Below, piece after piece: positions 58,029 through 64,000 of a stretch of 64,000 nt of DNA. The position numbers were made by a program, and so were the translations under genes. Every line of letters begins with the position of its first letter. The stretch's first letter is position 1. The DNA comes from a virus (lineage: Duplodnaviria; Caudoviricetes): positions 1-64,000 of the IMG/VR virus record IMGVR_UViG_3300020577_009322, one strand, 5' to 3'. Below the pieces are notes generated by a model. That model worked only from the letters and a program-made list of their open reading frames with translations. It had not been told where the DNA came from and searched no databases.

Positions 58029-59712
58029 TTAGTAGTAAATCTGACCTGCAATTTCTGACTTCCTCTTAAATGAAACTAAGTGATTGTATAATTCTAGATT
58101 CTTTTCATCGTCTCTTTCAGGAGAATATTTAACGGATTGTCTATTAAATGTTCTACATTCAATCTTTGTAAGATTAGGAAATTCATATCCTCCGGATGAA
58201 AGTGGAAATTGAACTGATACTAGTTCCTTTTCAATTTCGGTTATAAATTCTGCCCTATAAAACAAATCAGAACTCTTAATAATTACCCATCTATTTTTGT
58301 TTATATTTACCCACCCTAGTACTTCTATATTAGGATTTCTTGGAATTCCTATATAGTTCATTTGGTTAATTTTAGACTTAGTTAGCTTTGTCGTTTTTAC
58401 TTCAATTTCCATGTTACTACTTTTTGTAAAAATTTTGATTAAATCATTCTACTACAAAGATACTATAATTATTAATATTGAGCAAATTTCTTTACTCTTT
58501 TTCCTTCTCCACTTTTACGGCCTTTATTTCCTTGTGGGTTGAAAAGGATATAGATACCTTCTTTTCAGGATCAAAGTCAGAATGACTATCGTCTAGTAAT
58601 TCCTTGCCTTCCATATCCTTAAAAACAGGATGTTCCATTATTGCGTCTTTATTTTCATTAGCTATTTCTGCTAATTCTCCAAGTTCTTCCTCAGAGCAAT
58701 CATTGATAAATTCTGCCATTAAATGAAGCATCTGAGCATTATTATAATCCTCTTCTGTCAATACATTCTGGCCGCATTTAGGACACGGTTTATTTAACCA
58801 TTCCTTATAATCCTCCATTTTTACACTTTCATTCTCCCAATCACAGTTAGGATTGTCACATTTTAATCCAGTTTCTTCTATCTCTATATTTTTTTCCATT
58901 ATTTTAAGTACTTTTTGAGTGTGTTAAATTCTGCCTATAGGGTTATTTCTGTCATAGTTTATTACTCTAAAGGTAAAGAATCTTTTTAATCTCAGTTCTT
59001 GGTAATTTTTCTACTACTGCTCTGTAAGCTCTTAGTATTCTATCACTATCGACAGGAATATCTTTACCATGAGAAGAACGATAAAAAGAGCATTTGAAGC
59101 CGAGGTAGCTACGAATATCCTCTACTATCTGTAATAGATCCTTACCAGTCTCCTCTTTAATAGCACGTATTTTCAGAAGAGTATCAGTCAATTTACTTTC
59201 CTCAATATTTAAGGGACGATTATAAATAGGCTCAAGAAATTTGTTTATCTCATTTCTACGATAAGCAATATTTTTGACATATTCTCTAGCTATTTTATCT
59301 ACCACCACTATATCATCAGAGCTGTAGATAATAGGGTTTCCAGGTTTTCCTGAATAGAGAGGTTTTCTTTTGGTTTGCATACAATTGACATTTAGATAGT
59401 TATGAAAGTAATACCCTTTATTTCATCTGTCTCAAGATAATCATCCAATTCTTTCTCATTAGTAAAGAATTTAGTATATGTTTTTCCGTCACTCATAGTA
59501 AACTCTATGTGAGGATAATAAAATACTCTCTTTTCCTCAAAGTAACAATTATCTGGAGGTTCCGATAACATATCTTCACTGAAACTAGTATAGAATCCTT
59601 CTTTTTGAGTAATAAATCCGAAGAATCTCATCTCCTTTCTGTATTTATACCAAAAATTTTCTCTTCTTCTATAAATAATTATAGTGGCTACTTGTGATTT
59701 ATTTAACATCAT
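58029..59712 (-). other. Hypothetical genes 58029, 58492 (CxxxxC...CxxC zinc finger), 58967, 59392
   Basis: ORF track; TATCTTTG promoter element at 58455-58462. Confidence 0.55.
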
Positions 59713-59877
59713 AATTTCTTTTTTAGTTCGTTTAATTGAGATATTCTTAGTAAGAGTATTTTATGCCATTTTTCTTTTACATCTTCTTTTACACATCTCT
59801 CATAAATACGAGTTGCATTAATAACGCTTCTCTTCATATACTCCACTTTCTGTTGTATACTTTCCATGATTGAATTT

Positions 59878-59908
59878 AAAAAAGGAGATCCTGTAATAGG
59901 ATCCCCTT
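59878..59908 (-). terminator. Intrinsic terminator
   Basis: Hairpin with CTCCTTTTTTAAATT tail. Confidence 0.7.
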
Positions 59909-59930
59909 ATTTCTCTAGGTACTCTTATTA

Positions 59931-60998
59931 TTAGAATATCTTAAAAGAACTGTGTTTCACTTCTGATTTTCTTATAGAAATCATCATATTTTTGTAGTTA
60001 CTATCATTTCCATTCTTTTTAACAACAAAGTTCATTTTATCAAAGTCGGGCTCTTTCTGGATATAATATACATCACCATCATTGCTTGTAATGTAATTAC
60101 CTCTCTATCTTTTAGTTGCAGTAACTCTTTCAATACAAGAGCGTCCAACTTCTTCATGGATTACCACCTCTTTGCCACCGGAGATTTGAACGATATCATA
60201 AGTAAGATCTTTTCTCTCCAGATTGAAGTGTTCACAACAGGTATATGGCTCCTCCTTGTGGATATTTACTTCACTTACAATAGATTTTACGATATCTACT
60301 GTAATGATTTTTAATGGTTTGAGAAATTCCAGGATATTTTTCTTGAATTTTTTCTCAATGAGACAATCGTCCACGATCTCTGTAATTTGCTTTAGCGAGA
60401 GATCCTTGAAGGTTTTGAGATATCTTATCCTCCCAGGCCTGTTTAACATATTGTCATTGAGCCACAACTCATTAGTAGTCAGGATAAACACCTTCCTATA
60501 TCCCGTTTTGTATACTCCATCCATAAGGGATAGCAAAGTTGGATCACCATTGCTTTTGTCATAGCCGTATTCATCCTCACTGATACTACCCTTAAATGTC
60601 TTTTCGTACTCGTCAATTACAATAGTAACATTCTCCTGTAGATCAGAAAGAAAGCTATTTAATCCAGGATAGTTTGATGTTATTAGGAGGATTGGCTGCT
60701 TTAATTCATTAGCTAGTAATTCTGCAGTAATCGTTTTGCCAGTACCTTTTACCCCGTTCATCAGAACACCAAGATTACCTTTCGTAGAGAGATATGTTTT
60801 GCATACCCTTCTTACAAAGTCTGTCTCCATTCCATATACTTTGAAGTCAAACGTAAACGAGTCTGCCATTTCCTTCAGATATATTCCCTTGATATCATCG
60901 AATTCAATAGTATACACCTTCTTCTCAAGAATAGGAATAGTTCCTGTAATATCTTTCAAGAACAAACAATTTCCAGATTTAGCCCATGTTTTTTTCAT
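59931..60998 (-). CDS. AAA+ ATPase with an in-frame TAG at 60105-60107; frame continues to TAA near 59931
   Basis: GVKGTGKT, IDEYEK, LMDG, TTN, RPGRI. Confidence 0.8.
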
Positions 60999-61001
60999 TA
61001 G

Positions 61002-61739
61002 TTACTTTTTAAGTTTAGTTAATTTCTTGTAATTAGAGGGATCTTCAATGTCACCATTCATAAATTTGTTTATGGCATCTTTAGAATGTCTTCTTTTCTT
61101 ATATCTGAATTCATCTCTCCAGTACCTTTTACCACCAGCACTTCTCCAGTACTCTTCCAAGTTATCCTCAAGAAAAGCCTTCTCCTTGAGTAATTCATTA
61201 TCAATGTCCTGTACCATATTAAGTATTCTCTTCCTTACCCCTACACATATATAGTATTCCGGAATGTTCAATTCATATCTGGTATCTTTGTGTATTTGTC
61301 CACCCCACCTACTTACCCTTTCCACAACCCTTTTAGTAAAGAACTTCTTTACGTCCTCCTCTACTCTTTCATATTTCTTTTCAGTAAGAGAAGATACAGA
61401 AGGTCCACTGTAATAGGTTTTTCCATCTGTATGTGTGTGGGTAAATAATGGTCTTATCTTGGATAATAAGGTATCTTTTCTTATAGTAGATATTTTTGAG
61501 GAGCTTTCTTTACTTACTTTATATCCATTATCACAATATGAGAGTGCTCTGGCCATTCTCTCTCCATCATCTCTCCTCCTAGCTTCAGGAGTTAATTTAA
61601 GAAATAGATTCCAGCCATCTTGAATAGGTATATCTAACTTTCTCCAGGGACTATTTCTAATAATATCCCTTATCTCATTTAGTCTCTTTTCATTAGCTAG
61701 AAACTCTTTTTCTTTCTGTTCTATTGTATCTTCTTTCAT
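61002..61739 (-). CDS. Hypothetical protein
   Basis: 245-aa coupled ORF. Confidence 0.6.
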   Translation of the reverse strand: MKEDTIEQKEKEFLANEKRLNEIRDIIRNSPWRKLDIPIQDGWNLFLKLTPEARRRDDGERMARALSYCDNGYKVSKESSSKISTIRKDTLLSKIRPLFTHTHTDGKTYYSGPSVSSLTEKKYERVEEDVKKFFTKRVVERVSRWGGQIHKDTRYELNIPEYYICVGVRKRILNMVQDIDNELLKEKAFLEDNLEEYWRSAGGKRYWRDEFRYKKRRHSKDAINKFMNGDIEDPSNYKKLTKLKK

Positions 61740-62878
61740 AGTGTTGATATTGGCGGGAATAGATATTCTTCCTGTTGTTGATTTTCTTCCTTATTTTCTT
61801 CACATAATTTTATACGATCAATTGACACCCCAAAGTATGTGTTTGATAGAGTAGAGATATAATTAGAAGGTACTATATGATCTCTATACCATCCTATAGT
61901 CTTCTCTAACTCTATAATTGCCATACTTCCTCGATCGATCAGGAGTACAATAATTGCTTTCTCTGGAATATCATTTTTATTTATAAATGTAACCCTATCA
62001 TACATTTTCATAATTGTGATATTGGTGGAAATAAATAGCTTTCTTTATTGTTGAATATATCTGTATCAGGAGCACTCTTTACTAATTCTAATCTTTCTAG
62101 AGGTATTGCATAGTATTTTCCTGATAGAGAGGGTATATAATCTTCTTCTATTCTGAGATGAGAATTATTTCCAGCTGACCATCCATAATCAGGATTCGAA
62201 GTTTCAATAATACAAATATTACCTCCAATATTCTTTACGAATATTCCCTCTCTATTATCACCTCTTACATAATCACCTTTTTTCATAATTCATTTATTGG
62301 TGGAAATAAATAATCATTATCATGTTCTGTAGTATCATTATTGGAAAGAAATGTGAGATCTTCTCTACTAACAAAGTAGTACAAGTTACATCCCTTACTA
62401 ATATATTCATCAGGTACATCCCTATCTCTAGGCCAACCACGTTTATTTGGTTCACTTAACTCCAGTAAAACATACTCATTATCGTCATCCCTTACAAAAA
62501 ATCCAATTACAGTCTCTCCATATAGATTAAATTTTACTATATCATACACATTCATAACTTAGATATTTCAGGAAATAAATATTCTTCTTCTTTATGAGGA
62601 TCCTTTAAAGGAATCCCTTTCTTAGATAGATGAGGAAAGGACATATAAGATAAGATAATATATGTATTAGTGGCTCTTGATTGGTACTCTCTGATAAGAG
62701 TTGAGCTGTCCCATCCTGATATATTTTCTCCATTTATTACCTCTAATATCATATTACGATAGCCGTCATAGTAGCGAGGTCCATACATTCTTACAAAATG
62801 AAAATCACCTTTACAGTTGCCCTCTCTGTAGAATAATATATCTCCAGGTGATAATTCCTCTATTTCTTTCTTATTCAT
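61736..62878 (-). other. Four tandem paralogous ~90-108 aa genes (61736, 62008, 62283, 62552) ending YLFP[PE]IxxL
   Basis: Shared D.V / GW / YIS.LS..Y pattern and the same C-terminal motif. Confidence 0.8.
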
Positions 62879-62894
62879 TTTTAATTAATTTTTG

Positions 62895-62968
62895 TGATCC
62901 GGATTGGATTCGAACCAATGACCACCAGCTTAGAAGGCTGATGCTCTATCCAACTGAGCTACCGGACC
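62895..62968 (-). tRNA. tRNA-Arg (TCT)
   Basis: GGTCCGG..TAGCTCAGTTGGATAGAGC..anticodon loop CTTCTAA..GGTTCGAATCC..CCGGATCA; CCA not encoded. Confidence 0.95.
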
Positions 62969-62977
62969 AATGTAGAA

Positions 62978-63081
62978 AGGGATGTCTTACTTAAACGACA
63001 GATGATATCCATTCCGTACTTATACATAGCAGGTTTGAGGGTCCGGATCATCTGAAAAGGATTCGAACCTTTTATATCCCT
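62978..63081 (-). ncRNA. Circularly permuted tRNA-like structure
   Basis: T arm precedes D arm; acceptor-like stem closed by a loop; AGGGA/TCCCT outer stem. Confidence 0.45.
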
Positions 63082-63092
63082 TACTTTTTTAA

Positions 63093-63911
63093 TTACTTCT
63101 TCTTCTTTTCTTTCTTTCCTGCTCTTATCTTGTCCTGGTGAGCACGGATAGCCTTCATCTTTATTTTCCTTCTTTCTTTACGGAGAGCCCTGTATTCTTC
63201 GACAGTGGCAAGACCATTTTTTCTCATGTTTCTTAACATTGTTTTGGAATAGCCAAAATTTTTCTTAAATGTTTGGCCCTTTGTTGGCTTAGAAACTACT
63301 GTGTTTTCAGTACTCATGATTGTGGTTTATGTGTGAAATTTTATTTTTTACTAATTTTACCTTCCTTAGTTAGCCTTCGTGTATGGTTGTTGATTTAATC
63401 GGAAAGTCCTCTCTTACAATATTGACTATATCATCTAAGTCAGATTCAGAAAAACCTATTTGGCAGGCCTGTACCTTAGCATATAGTCTTGTATATCTCT
63501 TATCCTTAAGGATAACATGTGTTGATTTCCCCTTTGATAATATTATCTTATCCTTCTTCTGTAGCTTTTGTTTTTCCATTTCTGATTTAATTGCTTGTTG
63601 TGTTTGCGTACTCATAATATGTGCTTGTTTAAATGATTTTAGTACTTTATTCAGAAGATAAGGAAAACTCTCTATTTAACTGATTCGATTAGTTCTCTTA
63701 ATTGTCGTACAGCATGATCGAAATCTTCTGTTTTTTCTATCTCCTGCTTCCCAGAAGTTTTTCCATTCTGAAATTCTACTGATCCTGACCATATCCCGCG
63801 TCCCCAATTACCCATAAAGAGGTTAATATGTGTCACACAGTCTTTTTTGAAGGGATCTTTTATAACAGAAGGTAGTTGAGATTTACCGTTACCTAATAGA
63901 TTATCAAACAT
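63093..63911 (-). other. Small hypothetical genes 63093 (very basic), 63370, 63672
   Basis: ORF track. Confidence 0.5.
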
Positions 63912-64000
63912 ATTTTATATTTTATTAGTTAGGATGTTTTACATGATAGTATCTTCAAATGTTGAGAAAATGCATATAATACGTTAAATATTGCTAATTT

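Noticed and set aside
3859-64000. Many short + strand ORFs in the track (e.g. 7762, 8110, 9025, 14477, 17823, 33062, 60223)
   Set aside because: They are antisense shadows of well-supported - strand genes and carry no recognisable motifs.
1-64000. Stop-codon reassignment (TAG or TGA) as in some crAss-like phages
   Set aside because: Long core genes are intact in code 11, TAG and TGA both serve as real coupled stops, and the few internal stops are of all three types.

Overview
AT-rich fragment of a large dsDNA phage of a Bacteroidota host (TAnnTTTG promoters; PolB, primase, SF4 helicase, AAA_24, UDG and ligase gene set reminiscent of Crassvirales and relatives). Bases 1-3824 (+) carry the end of the structural/lysis module. 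Everything from 3859 to the end (-) is replication, nucleotide metabolism and accessory genes, plus a tRNA-Arg, a tmRNA and two tRNA-like elements. Five group I introns split three AAA+/VWA-system genes and the UDG gene; splice junctions were inferred from the sequence. Main finding: about 24 mostly unrelated small proteins, nearly all packed in 13.9-33.9 kb around a MoxR-type AAA+ ATPase, a VWA/HExxH metallopeptidase and a ClpS adaptor, share one ~22-aa motif ([KR][IL]xxM[ILF]xSxDxE[ML]xxL[GA]xx[IL]L). It looks like a portable docking or targeting tag, suggesting a possibly undescribed phage protein-handling system. Other highlights: a second, C-terminal tag family (YLFPPIxxL), a candidate programmed -1 frameshift, a circularly permuted tRNA-like RNA, free-standing endonucleases that appear to have replaced the 5' end of their target gene, and a captured host gene fragment. 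All calls come from reading the sequence by eye; no database searches were run.
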